From contig NC_043006.1 of the NCBI RefSeq assembly GCF_006345805.1, positions 1-64,000 on the forward strand: a stretch of 64,000 bases of DNA. Reading direction: 5' to 3'. Within the stretch, counting starts at the first letter, position 1; the number at the start of each line of letters is the position of its first letter. This DNA comes from Octopus sinensis. Taxonomy: Eukaryota. The notes below the pieces were generated by a model. That model was not told where the DNA came from, ran no database searches, and was given only the letters and a program-made list of their open reading frames with translations. A program made the translations under genes and the position numbers. Of this stretch, positions 11,937 to 25,374 are shown piece by piece.

Positions 11937-11986
<50 letters not shown>

Positions 11987-12164
11987 AATATATATATATA
12001 TATATTATATATATATAAATTATAAAAAAAACCCACCTTTTATCAATTCAATAATGAAAAATAAATTATACCATTTAGAAAAATTACATATAGAAAGATT
12101 AAATATAAAATAAAACATATAACTATGATTAAGTAATGTGCAAAACAGTAAATAAATAAATAAA

Positions 12165-12375
12165 TAAAGGCTGTGGCCATGTTGGAGCAGGGCCATATGT
12201 GTGTGTGTATTGTGTACTTATGTAAGCTTTTATGTGTATGTGTGTGTATATATATATATATATATACAATATATACACACACACACACACACACACATAA
12301 AGGCTTACATAAATACACAATACACACACATACACATACACATATAGTTCTGCTCCAACATGGCCACAGCCTTTA
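12165..12375. repeat. Inverted duplication of local flank next to an AT-rich element end
   Basis: 12165-12262 is the reverse complement of 12270-12375 (TAAAGGCTGTGGCCATGTTGGAGCAG / CTGCTCCAACATGGCCACAGCCTTTA). Confidence 0.8.
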
Positions 12376-12537
12376 GGCAGAAACGATTAAAAGAATAAGA
12401 ATACAAAAGAATATACATAAATACGCAACACATACATATGTGCGTACTCCAGCATGACCACAGCTTTGGGGGCTGAAACAAGTAAAAGAATAAAAGAAAT
12501 AGAATATAAACGTATACATATATAGATATATACACAC

Positions 12538-12595
<58 letters not shown>

Positions 12596-12699
12596 CACAC
12601 ACATACATATATATATACACACACACACGCACATATATATATATATTATATATACACACACACACATATATATATATACACACACACATGCATATATAG

Positions 12700-12858
12700 T
12701 TGCAGGAGTGGTTGTGTGGTAAGTAGCTTGCTTACCAAACATTGTTCTGGGTTCAGTCCCACTGCGTGGCACCTTGGGCAGGTGTCTTCTACTATAGCCT
12801 CGGGCCGACCAAAGCCTTGTGAGTGGATTTGGTAGACAGAAACTGAAAGAAGCCCGTC

Positions 12859-12865
<7 letters not shown>
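12700..12865 (+). mobile_element. Family B SINE, 5' half
   Basis: Same head and core as the 10272 copy, ending in (TG)n. Confidence 0.85.
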
Positions 12866-12953
<88 letters not shown>

Positions 12954-13089
12954 GTGTGTGCGCGCGCGCGTAAAATTGTGTGCAAAAGCATAGAAGTCAG
13001 CTATCAACACCCTTTCTCCGTAAATTTCCTTCAGAAATTTAAAAATCCGCCACATTTTAGAGAAGATCTGAAAATATATTAAAAGCAAA

Positions 13090-13800
13090 CTTTTTGAATA
13101 TCACTATGAGTTGCAAATTACGATTGTTGATAAACGTGACTACGTGCAAACACCGCTCCTATCTATATGAAAAATAATCGTGGAAACCATTTCTGTACAC
13201 AAACAAGTCAACCATCCCCAGCCGTAATTAAGAAGCTTGTAATTAAGAAGCACGTAAATTAATTTCAAACCTATCCTCTAACGTGGATAATTGCAGCCGT
13301 GCCGCCTCCTATTAATAAAATTGGATAACAAAGATGTTTCGTATTTCTTTATTGCCCACAAGGGGCTAAACATAGAGGGGACAAACACGGACAGACAAAG
13401 GGATTAAGTTGATTACATCGACCCCAGTGCGTAACTGGTACTTACGTAATCGAGCTCGAAAGGATGAAAGGCTAAGTCGACCTCGGCGGAAATTGAACTC
13501 AGAACGTAGCGACGGGCGAAATAACTCAAAGCATTTTGTCCAGTGTGCTAACGTTTCTGCCAGCTCGCCGCCTTGCTAACAATGCTGCTTCTGTGTCAAA
13601 ATGGTATATAAGGAATATTTCCACATAATAGAAGAATCAGGTATTAGAACGTAGCATGTTTCAGTGTACATCTGAACGAAGTTCACAAACTTAGTCGGGA
13701 ATAAACCATTCCTGTTAAGTAAATTATTTTCCTCCTCGCAAACATAAAATCCACAAATTTTTCAATAGAAACGATGTGACAGCATGGATTCTAGATCTAC
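13090..13800 (+). mobile_element. Old Penelope-like element remnant, interrupted by a SINE; may resume at ~19405-19930
   Basis: Degenerate VHKQ-SNHP-AVIKK (~13195-13235) and HKIHKFFNRNDV (~13743-13778) resemble the PLE RT-to-endonuclease linker. Confidence 0.45.
13343..13573 (-). mobile_element. tRNA-derived SINE family C (Meta-like central domain)
   Basis: GGCGGCGAGCTGGCAGAA head, GAGTTCAA B box, GCCTTTCATCCTTTCG..TCGAT..AAGTACCAG domain, and GCCCCTTGTGGGCAATAAAGAAAT end. Confidence 0.88.
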
Positions 13801-13810
13801 ATTACAATCT

Positions 13811-13993
13811 ATTTCTTTACAACCCACAAGGGGCTAAACACAGAGAGGACAAACAAGGATAGACAAACGGATGAAGTCGATTACATCGACCCCAGTGTGT
13901 AACTGGTACTTAGTTTATCGACCCCGAAAGGATGAAAGGCAAAGTCGACCTCGGCGGAATTTGCACTCAGAACGTAACGGCAGACGAAATACG
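13811..13993 (-). mobile_element. Family C SINE, 3' part; its head lies at 19344-19404, split by the Tx1 LINE
   Basis: Joining 13811-13993 to 19357-19404 restores a complete copy collinear with 33599-33831. Confidence 0.88.
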
Positions 13994-14246
13994 AATTTCT
14001 TTATTGCCCACCGGGGGCCAAACATAGATATGGACAGTACAACTGATGGGATCAGTGAATCGATATGATTTTACATAAATGTGACATCAAAAATAAAATA
14101 CAATACATAAAAATCGAATGGAATACACAGTACAAAAACAATACAAATGAAGCGATGATCAAGTTACGCTCCGATCCCACAAGCCCCGATCTACCGCTGA
14201 TACCTTTTTATTTTTCCTTTTTCTTTTTTTTTTCTTCCTCGTCTAT

Positions 14247-17200
14247 TCACACGGTTCCTTGCACGCACAACACTCGTGCAACATACTTCCATCTCTTTTG
14301 GAACGTACACTCTGACAGACACCTCTTCTCCAGCCACAGTTTCCTTTTCAAATGAAAAGAAAAAAAGGATCGTAAATTGTCACCAGAGATAAAGTTGCCT
14401 GTCTTAATTCCTTTTATCCTAGTCTTCCATACAGCCTCTTTTGCTATGCTACAACCGTGAGAAAACAATTCCTACCTTCGTTCGTTAGAACTCCCGGTGG
14501 GTCAATTTTTATAATTGACTCAGTCGACAGCCGTACTCTTCCTTCGCCGGACAACAGATGTTCAGCATAAGCCCACATTTCAGTTATCTCCGGACACTGA
14601 ACAATAGCGTGAGGGACGGTTTCCCTGTCCCCCCCGCATCTTGGACAGGTCGGCGACTGACGTTTACCATGTCTTGCGAGCTTATCCCAAACGGGCAAGG
14701 CACCTCTGTAGCATTGCCAGGTTAAGGACTTTTGGAAGTTGTCCAACGTTCTCAACCCGAATGTACGATGAAACAAGCTGTCCAGTTGAATAAATCCGAG
14801 ACCTAGAGTCGACCCCAGGCCATCGTCGCATTCAGACTCTACCAACCCACTATATAAAATCCGTGTGGAACCCCCACCGCTGGCGTTGCCCGAGCGCCGG
14901 AACAGCAAGAGGGCTTTACGGCACTCTTTATGCCACTCACTCGAACTCGGTCTACGAGAACACCAGGCTTCCTGTTCGCAAAAACTCTTGAACTCAGGGA
15001 ACATTTGTCTGGCCAGCGGAGACCACACCCGTTCACTATCCAGGAGAATCCAGAGGTGCCTCAACCTCAACGCATGTCTGCGCATCATTAACCAAGGCAT
15101 CCCTAAACCTCCATTTAAAGGCTTTTGACAGCAGACAGAGCATTTCACAAGTGGCGACCTGCCCTTCCACAAAAAGGGAAAGAGCTGTCTCTCCAACCTG
15201 ATCAACCACAAATCCGGACAGGGCACGACGGTCAGGCGGTAGGTAATGACCGATGCGATAAACACATTGACCACTTCCGCCCTCCCTTTCAGGGATAGCC
15301 ACCGCCAAGACCAGGTCTTGACTACTGCAGCCACCCTGCTCAATACATCCGTCCAGTTCTTCTCTATCTGGAGGCCTGGTCCAAACCAGACTCCCAGCAA
15401 CTTAACCGGTCCCTCCGTCCAGCGCCTAACAACACTGTCTGAAGGCATCGACTTGCCAACCCAGGTGCCGAGCTGCAAGCCGACCGACTTTTCCCGGTTA
15501 ATCTTTGCTCCTGCTACCTCTTCGTAAGCCTCAATAGTCTTACCTACTTCACGTAGGCGTGCCACTGTGGTTACACTGATAGTGATATCATCCGCGAAAG
15601 CCGTAACAAACTCCTCTAGTCCTGGTTCTCTCGGATGCCACTCAACCCTTGCAGTAATGGCTCGAGAGCCATCACATACAAAGTGGTGAAAGCGGACATC
15701 CTTGACGAACCGAGCGTCTGATGCAGAACGGCTTCGAAAGGAAACCGTTCACCCGAACTATCAAGTCAATGTTGTGGTACAAGCGATAAACCACCTGAGG
15801 AAGCCAAGGCCCAGGCCAAACCGCGCAAGTACAGTCGCTAGGTATCGATGGTCAACCCTATCAAAAGCTTTAGACTGGTCCAAATGCACCAATGCCCCAC
15901 CTTTGCCAGATTTATTACCAAACCTCTCTATGGTATAGCGAATAAGATGGAGGGTATCCTGAATGGTTCTGCCTGGGATGGCACATGTCTGTGCCTCCCC
16001 GACTATACCATTCGCGACACGCGCCAACCTTTTTGCTAGAACCTTGGCCAAAATCTTCACTTCTGCGTTTAACAGAGTGATGGGCCTGAAATTCTCTAGA
16101 ACGTCCCCCTTGTCCAGGTCCTTTCTGACCAACGTCACTACTCCCCGGCGCACAGATCTGGGGATAAACCCATTCTGTTTCCAGTTCGCGTACACGTCAG
16201 TCAGTAGTTGCCCGAACAAGTCTGGCATACATTTATACAGCTCGTACGGAAGACCATCAAGTCCCGGTGACTTACCCGCTTTACAATCGGCAAAGCCTCC
16301 ATCACCTCCACCTCCTCAGTGATTGGCCCTTCGCAAGACTCCGCATCCGACCCCGAGAGGCACGGCAGCCCGGTAAGAAAGTCCTCGAGGGCTCTCCCAC
16401 CACCAGGACCGCCGTCACCCCCCCGAACAGCTGGGCGAAGTACTCCCAAAGACCTCACACATTTTCTCGGGTTCGTTTATCAAGACACCATTTTGATTCG
16501 TCAAAGACCGAATAGAGGAACTATTTCCTTGCCGAGCTTCCACCACTCGGGCCCATCCAGCGGCTTTGATTCCTTCACTTCCCATTGCACGTAACTTAGC
16601 TCTGGTAATACTTCCCATGTGGTGGGCTTCAAGATGCTGGTTTAACTCCAGTCTTTTCACCCTCGTTTGGTCTGTATTACCAGTCCTCCAGGCTTCTTCT
16701 AGTTCCTTAACTAGACCATCTCCTAGACCATCTCCTATCTTAGCTAAACTTATGCTAAACCTAATAGACTCATATTTGATGGCTCTTTTTAGGGCGTACC
16801 ACCATTTGTTATTAATGATGGTACCTGTTAATGCCCTCTGTATTAACATCTTGATCCGCTTTCTGTACTCCTCAATCGCCAAAAGGGACGTATTGAATTT
16901 CCAGTAGCCAGATCCCTGTCTATGCAACTTATCTACCGTCAGTTTACAGGTAACCATCTTGTGGTCACTGTAGCTGACTAGAAAAAACTGTGGACACTCA
17001 ACTATGGACTTATCTTTTTCTCTAATTAAAATCCTATCTAGATATGTTCTGGTAGACCCGTCACTATTTGACCACGTCCACTGTGGAGTGTTCGGGTGCT
17101 CCAACCTATATGGATCTGCTAGCTGAAATTGACTTAGCAGATCCCGAAAGCCTGGGTTACATTTTCTGTTCATGTTCGAGTTTGAGCCAACACAATCTGT

Positions 17201-17639
17201 GTGTGCTGCACATATTGTACTAGAGTCTTCTAACAATACTAGTGAATGCGACGTGGCTAGGAACTTTCCTAGGCCACGAAAATATTCAGTTTGTGGGCCA
17301 ATAATGTTTGGTGCGTAAATAGCGACCAGCCTGATTGTCTTGCCACAACTGAATGTCAAGTCGAGAACGACCAGCCTGCCTTCTGGGTCAGAAAAAAACA
17401 ACTTTTTCTCGGCTACCCGGTTTCTTTTTAGTAGGACCCCCACCTCCCGCCCGACTCGGAGAAACGTATTTCTCGTAGCCGTTCAGGAGGGGGAGCAGAT
17501 CTCTTGGCCCCTTCACCCGGGTTTCCGTTGCAACAATTACATCCAAATTTCTCGACCTGATGTCATTCAGAAAGCGTCCTTGCTTCCAGCTTGACAACAG
17601 GCCATGAACATTTAAACAACCAATGTGAATAGCCATCAC
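14247..17639 (-). pseudogene. Tx1-like ORF2 (APE endonuclease, RT, CCHC), frameshifted
   Basis: GCLNVHGL, ATETR, IYAPN, YLDRI, SDHK, GYWKFNTSLL, NFRPITLLN, LDQSKAFDRVDH, FADD, LSLKGR, GGLGMP and CPRC..ETVPHAIVQC motifs. Confidence 0.92.
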
Positions 17640-17651
17640 TTACCTGTTTAA

Positions 17652-19191
17652 TTAGGATTGTCCGGTGGGGGGGACCCTCCACCTTTTTTTGATCCAGGTC
17701 GGAGGTGGACGGTCTTGGGAAATAGATTTGTCAAAATCCCGTCTCACCACCGACACAGAATTATCAGGTGGAGGGGGAATCTCCACCTTTTCCTTTTCTC
17801 GCGGGATCGGAGCTGGTAATCTATGAAATATCGACTTGTTAAAATCTAATCTCAATGAAGATACAGACTTTCTGTACTTATTTTGTAGAATTCTATAAGT
17901 CTTATTTGAGACTTCATATATGTCGTAATTGATAAATTCCTCTGAAAGGTTATCAATTTTTTTTACAGTCTTTATGAGTTGAATGTCTCTCATGAGCTCA
18001 GTATCTTTAGTGTATACGGCTATTATGCCTTTTTCTCTTCTTTTTCTCTTCTGGCAGTCTTTTTTGGTCGTTGTTCTGTAGTAGTCGCCGCTCTCGGCTG
18101 GGTTGCTGGTTGTATTTTTCTTTTGTTTGTTGTTTTTTTCTCATCTGTTTCTTCTTTATCTTCTTCCTCTTTGTCTTTTTTCTCCTCTTCCACCTCTTCT
18201 TCTTCTTCATTTTCCTTGCAGTTCCTTCGAATGTAGCCTAATTGACCACATAAAAAATCGAGGTTTTCGGCCCTCAACAAACCTACGAGGTTATCCTCCC
18301 CTACCTCAATTGTCTCAGGAATTGTTTGAATTATTTTAGGGTCCGCTTGAATGAGAAGATTAATTGTTTGACCATCCCAGCGTGGGTTTTCCGTAGCGGT
18401 AGCCTGGAGGAGGGTAATTTTTTCTACCTCTTTGATTAGGACTGCCGCCAACAACCACATAGGTTCGAACTCTGGCGGGACCCTTGTAATTTTTATTCGC
18501 GACGTCCTCATCCCCATATAATAGGGGATTAACTCCACGTCGTTCGTTTTCAACGTTTCAACTGAGTTCTTGTGTGCTATTTCTTTATTGGTGAACCTTA
18601 CTTCCACCGTTCCGAATTTTTTTCCTCTTCTCAGAAATACTACGTCGCCCAATATTGGCTTTAAGCACTTTTCTATTTTCTCTTCTGACATTCTTTCAAT
18701 TTTTCTTTTTTGTAGACAATATGTTTTGAAAATTATTGTTTTTTGCTTTTCTTCCTGTAATAACTTTTGCGGAGGTTCAATTTTCACACCGTTGTCAGTT
18801 TTTTCCATCATTTTGCTGTATTTCATAATTTCGCTTTTATTCGTCGACAGTATCTGGGTTCCACCCCCAGCAGCCAACGCAAAACTTTTTTTTCCATTTT
18901 TTGGTTCTATCTGGATGCTAGGCACATCAATTATTCTCTTCACACAATGCCTTTGTTCTCTGGCAAAGTCGGAAACTCTTCTGGTGAAAGTTCTGACGAG
19001 CTCTCAGACACATCTCCAAAAATATCAAATATATTATCCTCTCTGCTATTCCTTCTTGTAGCGGAGGAAACCCCTATTTCCTTGTCTGTAGTTGGCTCCT
19101 CGCCGGACATGTATTTCCTCCTCTCAACAGGAGAAACAAGTATTTCTGCTCCAACGGTAGGCTCCATGCTAGACGACATTCTTCCCCCCAA
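17652..19191 (-). pseudogene. Tx1-like ORF1 (RRM-like region, degenerate zinc knuckle, acidic/basic tail)
   Basis: ORFs 18940-19191, 18023-18943 (FLCGQLGYIRRNC) and 17652-17993 lie directly upstream of ORF2, inside the TSD-bounded element. Confidence 0.75.
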
Positions 19192-19972
19192 AGGGGAATG
19201 AACAACGCGTGCTACACAGCACTAAGTGTTTTCAATTGAAAACTCCAACAGTTAAGTTATTCAACAGTTTAACAAGAAACAACAGTTGTTAACAATATTA
19301 ACACCACGAAACAGCAATTCTTACTTCACGAACACATGTGCGACAGATGAAATACGGCTACGCATTTCGACCGGCGTGGTAACGCTTCTGCCAGCTCGTT
19401 GCCTCTACTTTACAATCTAAGACACGTATATAGCTACCTCAAGCTTCTTCCCAACAGAGTGGTTCTGCAGCTGGAACACTTCAGAGCCACTTACAATTCA
19501 CTCCTTTAAAGGGAGACTTAGCATCGAACCTCACATTTTTAAGTTGCCAAGTGCGTACCACGCATAAATCACGCTCGTGTCATGCGGTCTATCCTAATTA
19601 AGAACCAATCGGTTTAGCAGCGATATCGTTCCGTATCATGAGCATCAGCTACAACGAAGAGGAGACCAGAGATAACTTGGGTTACATAGAAGTCACAACT
19701 CCACTCTCAGCATCTTGAGCCTCACTAATTTTTACTATGTATTTTAGTCACACCGGAAGTTGATTTTAATCTACCTCCCTATTAGTAGTCATCAGGAAAT
19801 TATTTAAATTTGTACAATAGATAACATAATGGTATATTATGTTCGCATTTATCACGTATGCATAACATGCAGCCCAGCTTATACCAGACAATACGAACAC
19901 AGTCATGAAAATATGAACGACACCTTAAAGAATTCTATCTCCGTTGGGTGATGGTGCGAAACTCGACTGAAA

Positions 19973-20378
19973 AGGAGTGGCTGTGTGGTAAGTAGCTTGC
20001 TAACCAACCACATGGTTCCGGTTTCAGTCCCACTGCGTGGCATCTTGGGCAAGTGTCTTCTGCTATAGCCCCGGGCCGACCAATGCCTTGTGAGTGGATT
20101 TGGTAGACGGAAACTGAAAGAAGCCTGTCGTATATATGTATATATATATATGTATGTATGTGTGTGTGTGTGTCTGTGTTTGTCCCTCTAGCATTGCTTG
20201 ACAACTGATGCTTGTGTGTTTACGTCCCAGTCACTTAGCGGTTCGGCAAAAAAGACCGATAGAATAAGTACTGGGCTTACAAAGAATAAGTCCCGGGGTC
20301 GATTTGCTCGACTAAAGGCGGTGCTCCAGCATGGCCGCAGTCAAATGACTGAAACAAGTAAAAGAGTAAAGAGTAAAA
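19973..20378 (+). mobile_element. Family B SINE, full length
   Basis: Closely similar to the 21988 and 23404 copies. Confidence 0.9.
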
Positions 20379-20379
20379 A

Positions 20380-21597
20380 GACTGACCAAGATACTGTAAT
20401 GGAATGTGACCAAATGAGATTTATTTTTCAACATAGTCTCCCTTGCGGTCCACATACTTCTTTCATCGGTGTTGCAGTACTTGGATTCCACTCGTGAAGA
20501 AGCTTTCATCCCGTTGGTAAAAAAAGTCATCAACAGCAGATATAGCAGTATCATCACTGTGGCACTGGTTCCCAGCCAAGTGTTTTTTCATGTTCAGGAA
20601 CGGATTATAGTGAAATGGGGCCAAATTGATAGAATAGGGAGGGTGACCAACCAGTCATGCACAGCAACCATTGAAAACAAAGATTTGTGTGTTGGAGTAT
20701 TGTCCTGATGAGACAAGACCCCCTTTTGTCAGTTTTCTGGTTTGTTTGGTCTTGAGAGCCTATCGTAACTCCCTCAGTAAGTTGGCATAGTATTTTCCAT
20801 TGATGGTGAGGCCCTTTCGAAGATAGTCAACAAACACAATGCCTTTTGCGTCCCAAAAACTGAGGCCATTACCTTCCTTGGTATTTTTTGAGAGGGTAAG
20901 GAGAGGTGTTTATCTCTTTGTCTCTGGCTCAAATTGATGAACTTAATTCTCATCCTGGGCTAGGAAACATTCATGGAAACTAGCTGGATCTGCCTCAAAC
21001 GCTGTAAGGTTTTCCCATGTAATCAGATTGGTGCGCTTTTCACCAGTGCACAGAAGACGTGGCACCCACCGAACAGAAACCCTCGTCATGCCAAGTTCAT
21101 TGTGCAAAATATTCTCAGCTCTCTCATGGGATATGTTTATAACATTAGCTATTTGATTTATAGTCAGCCGCCTGTCATCCTTAACCATGCAGTGAATACC
21201 ATCAATATTTTTCTCAGTAATGGCAGTTGCAGGACGTCCAGACCTTGGGTCATCTTCAAGACTCTCCCTTCCTCTCCTAAATTCAGCTACCCACGTTTGC
21301 ACTGTTGATAAAACTGAAGCATCATCCCCTAACGTAGCAACCGTGCCAGCATGAATGTCGTTGGAGGCTAAATAATTTTTTTGCATGTACTGATAACACT
21401 ACAATGCCAAATTTTGTTCCTTTTCAAGAGAGGTCGCCACTAGTTACTTTTGAAGTCTTCTTTGAACAGCCAGATATCAGTTTACCAGGAAACAAACAAT
21501 GCAGTTATTAATAAGATTTTAGATTAATGTCTGCGAGGTTTCACAGCTCTAGCACCACTCCTTCATAGTTAACCTATGGACTTTTCAGCCTACCTCG
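20380..21597 (-). mobile_element. Degenerate mariner transposon
   Basis: ORF 20943-21386 (EFRRGRESLEDDPRSGRP...RWVPRLL). Terminus CTATGGACTTTTCAGCCTACCTCG followed by TA. Confidence 0.8.
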
Positions 21598-21987
21598 TAT
21601 ATAAAGTAGATTTGATACTCGCCTACGGTATTGAGAAACAATTCGGGATTAAAACATTTAAGTTTGGTGAAGAACAGGCTGTCAGATGGAAGTTTGCATC
21701 GCGCTTTAGCAGTTGATGTTGGTCCAATGTGGTTACTTCATATGACTTAGCAACGGATTGTTGATATGATGGAGGGGTAAAAACTGCAACCGAAGGTCAT
21801 CTAAGAAGAGAGGTTAACCTGATAAATTTAAAAATTAACCCGAAAAGTACCCAGTTCTAGCATAAAAAAGACGTGTATAATGTGTGTTGTTTCCTTCGTT
21901 TGTACATCCAGCGATACCCGAAAATTGAACCGCATATGAGATATGATTAATGTAATTTCTCTGATCCAGTTTGTAATTAAACCTTGA

Positions 21988-22378
21988 AGAGTGGCTGTGT
22001 GGTAAGTAGCTTGCTAACCAGCCACATGGTTCCGGGTTCAGTCCCACTGCGTGGCATCTTGGGCAAGTGTCTTCTGCTATAGCCCCGGGCCGACCAATGC
22101 CTTGTGAGTGGATTTGGTAGACGGAAACTGAAAGAAGCCCGTCGTATATATGTATATATATAAATATATGTGCGTGTGTGTCTGTGTTTGTCTCCCTAGC
22201 ATTGCTTGACAACCGATGCTGGTGTGTTTATGTCCCCGTCACTTAGCGGTTCGGCAAAAGAGACCGATAGAATAAGTACTGGGCTTACAAAAGAATAAGT
22301 CGCGGGATCGAGTTGCTCGATTAAAGGCGGTGCTCCAGCATGGCCGCAATCAACTGACTGAAACAAGTAAAAGAGTAA
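21988..22378 (+). mobile_element. Family B SINE, full length
   Basis: Head, core, TA linker, 3' half and tail all present. Confidence 0.9.
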
Positions 22379-23403
22379 TCGATCCTTTTAACAACTGACA
22401 ATACGAACGAAATATATCTCAAATCATTCTCTCACATCTTAAAAAAGAATAAGAACGCATTGGACAATGTAGTTCTGAATATACGAAGACAGAACGGTCG
22501 CCATTGATCATGTCTGCTAGATCAGGTTTGACACAGAGTTAAATATAAAAAAACAACAATAGCAACAACAACCGCAAGAGCAACAACCGTTTCATAAATT
22601 CGTCTACAAGCAGGACTTCTCTCACCACAAACCATCCTATGTGACACCCGCGGATATTAAACGAGGACTTGACCGCGGCCTTACTTTCAACCTTGTTCAT
22701 TATATAATAACATTTGGCTACAGTTTACGTAGCAAATAACTGGCCGACTTTTTTGCAAGGCGACCACAATAACAATAACAGCCTACTGTGTTTTATGAAT
22801 CATTTCCTGAAAGCCTAATGTAAACAATGTTTTGTTTCTTTTCACGAATCTGAGTATAAAGTTTTTGAATGACAAAATTACAAAATAACGTCACATGCAG
22901 CCCCTGTCTTGGTTTGTCTGTTTGATTGTCTGTCTCTTTCTCCGCCCACCCCACACTTACCTCTCTCTTTCTCTCTTTCATACACACACAAATACACGCC
23001 TCTCTCACACACACGTCTCTCTTTCACACTCACACGTTTCTTTTTCTGTGTCTTTGTCTTCCTGTCTTTCTCTCTCTCCCTCTTACTCACTGTCTCTCAC
23101 CATCGAAATTCTGGACTCTACACTAGGGTCCGGCTAGCTTGTCACATCATTGACACCTTCATCAAATCGTTGTTGATACCTTTGCGTCCCTCGTTATGTA
23201 AATTTCTAAAATAAAACTGAAAAGTATACATAGAAAATTCTCGATTAAAGAAACAATAATTCCTGAATTCTTTTGCGTCATTGCTGTGTTTTTTAATAAG
23301 AAATATTTAAAGGAAATTTACTAAAAATACTGAATAAAATTGATAGCCAGAACATTTTATGCGAAATATGGTTTTGTTAAATACTAGTTAATGCATCGGT
23401 ATT

Positions 23404-23825
23404 TACTCTTTTACTCTTTACTCTTTTACTTGTTTCAGTCATTTGACTGCGGCCATGCTGGAGCACCGCCTTTAATCGAGCAACTCGACCCCGGGACTTA
23501 TTCTTTTATAAGCCCAGTACTTATTCTATCGGTCTCTTTTGCCGAACCGCTAGGTGACGGGGACGTAAACACACCAGCATCGGTTGTCAAGCAATGTTAG
23601 GGGGACAAACACACACACACACAAACACACACACATACACATATATATATATACATATATACGACAGGCTTCTTTCAGTTTCCGTCTACCAAATCCACTC
23701 ACAAGGCATTGGTCGGCCCAAGGCTATAGCAGAAGACACTTGCCCAAGGTGCCATGCAGTGGGACTGAACCCGGAACCATGTGGCTGGTTAGCAAGCTAC
23801 TTACCACACAGCCACTCCTGCGCCT
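23404..23825 (-). mobile_element. Family B SINE, full length
   Basis: Reverse complement of family B with a (TACTCTTT)n tail. Confidence 0.9.
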
Positions 23826-24097
23826 ATTTGGTCAGATTATTCGGCTCATGACCTTACGATCGTGATTCAAGTTATTGGCAGATATTGCATTGTCAATATA
23901 TCATTCTTTTATGCTTGTGGAGTAATTATTTCTTAACGGTGCACCGCGGTGCACTTGTGCATTGTGAGCAGTGCCCAGATGAGCCGCAGACGTTTAAAAA
24001 CCTGATTTAATGCTTTAGAAAGTCTGTATTTATGCTTAGACATCTTATTAATCATAATTTTATTATACACAAATTGGATTAATGAAACAGACAAACA

Positions 24098-24506
24098 GGC
24101 GCAGGCGTGGCTGTGTGGTAAGAAACTTGCTTCCCAGACACATGGTTCCGGGTTCAGTCCCGCTGCGTGGCACCTTGCGCAAGTGTCTTCCATTATAGCC
24201 TCGGGCTATGTGTATGTGTGTGTGTCTGTATTTGTCCCCCATCACCGCTTGACAACTGGTGCTGGTGTGTTTACGTCCGCGTAACCTAGCAGTTCGGCAA
24301 AAGAACCGATCGAATAAGTACTAGGATCTACAAAAGAAAAAGAGCCATGGGGTCAATTTGTTCGACTAAAATCCTTCAAGATGGTGCTCCAGCATGGCCG
24401 CAGTCAAATGATTGAAACAAATAAAAGAATAAAAGAATAAAGCGGTGGTGCCCCAGCATGGCCACGGCCTTCGGGCTAAAATATTTTAAAGGATTTTAAG
24501 GATTTA
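24098..24506 (+). mobile_element. Family B SINE followed by a ~65-nt LINE 3' end
   Basis: SINE at 24098-24440. 24441-24506 (GCGGTGGTGCCCCAGCATGGCCACGGCCTTCGGGCTAAAA...TAAGGATTT) matches the 3' end of the LINE at 45478-47000. Confidence 0.85.
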
Positions 24507-24898
24507 ATATTTCATATATTTTTCTAAATTTTAAACCTAAAACATAGTTTTTTTCTTAACTTTCTATGCTAGGTGTATCATTAATATTTTTGCATGATCT
24601 TCAGTTCCCCACGTAGAAAGAACTGAATCTTCTGCTGGTGTGTTTTGAGGGGAACATAGCTACTGTTTCTAAAGATGTTGAGCAACCACGTAGAAGTTCC
24701 CTCGTTGTTCTAAAGTAAACACAAGATAACGGATTTCAAAAACTGGAACAATCGATTACGTTGGTCCCAGACCTGTTTAGCACATTATATTTTCATAAAC
24801 CCTAGCCTGATGAAAGGCAAAGAGGACTTCGACAGATTTTGAAATTAGAAGGTAAATGGAGATAATTGAATACACAATCGTTTCTGCAAACCAGTTAT

Positions 24899-25228
24899 AA
24901 CAAGAGCACTCAGAGAGTGCATACCTCCACCAAAGCAACACCAACGTCCTCTCAACGATTAGCCGGAGATGATTTTTAAAACGCGAATATCTGAAATAAA
25001 CTCAACTGCTCTCACAAACGATAATACTAAAAGTGAACTCGACCGCTCTCAAAAAAAAAAAAAAACAGGAAAAATAATCCAGAATCCTTGTCCGGTACAG
25101 GATCGATCCCAAAATCTATCAGTTCGTGCCAATCAAGGGACCAAATATCTCTGAAAGTTTCATCCAAATCCATCAAGCGGTTCTTGAGATATCTTGTCCA
25201 CTGACAAACACGACTGAAAGGTAATAAA
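24899..25228. mobile_element. Non-autonomous Helentron/HINE-like element
   Basis: AACAAGAG terminus, subterminal hairpin GCACTC-AGA-GAGTGC, AAGTTTCATCCAAATCC core and GGTAATAA end. Family assigned by resemblance only. Confidence 0.5.
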
Positions 25229-25374
25229 GAGGACAAAAATATTAATTAAAAGTTTTCTACGGCAAGGTTATCTGACTATTCACAAGACCTCATTTGTTGT
25301 ATTGTGCAGTCACTTACACCACTGACTTTGCACTTCTAATTAAGCCTAATCAAAATATGAATCAACGTGGGTTA

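Larger units (their letters stand above)
13994..19343 (-). mobile_element. Full-length (~5.35 kb) Tx1/L1-group LINE
   Basis: 13-bp TSD CAGACGAAATACG (13981-13993) / CAGATGAAATACG (19344-19356). ORF1, APE-RT-CCHC ORF2 and a 3' UTR ending AATAAAGAAAT. Confidence 0.93.

Noticed and set aside
19973-24440. Clustered repeated blocks suggesting a CRISPR-like or tandem array
   Set aside because: These are dispersed SINE copies in both orientations with irregular spacing, in eukaryotic DNA with no cas-like ORFs.
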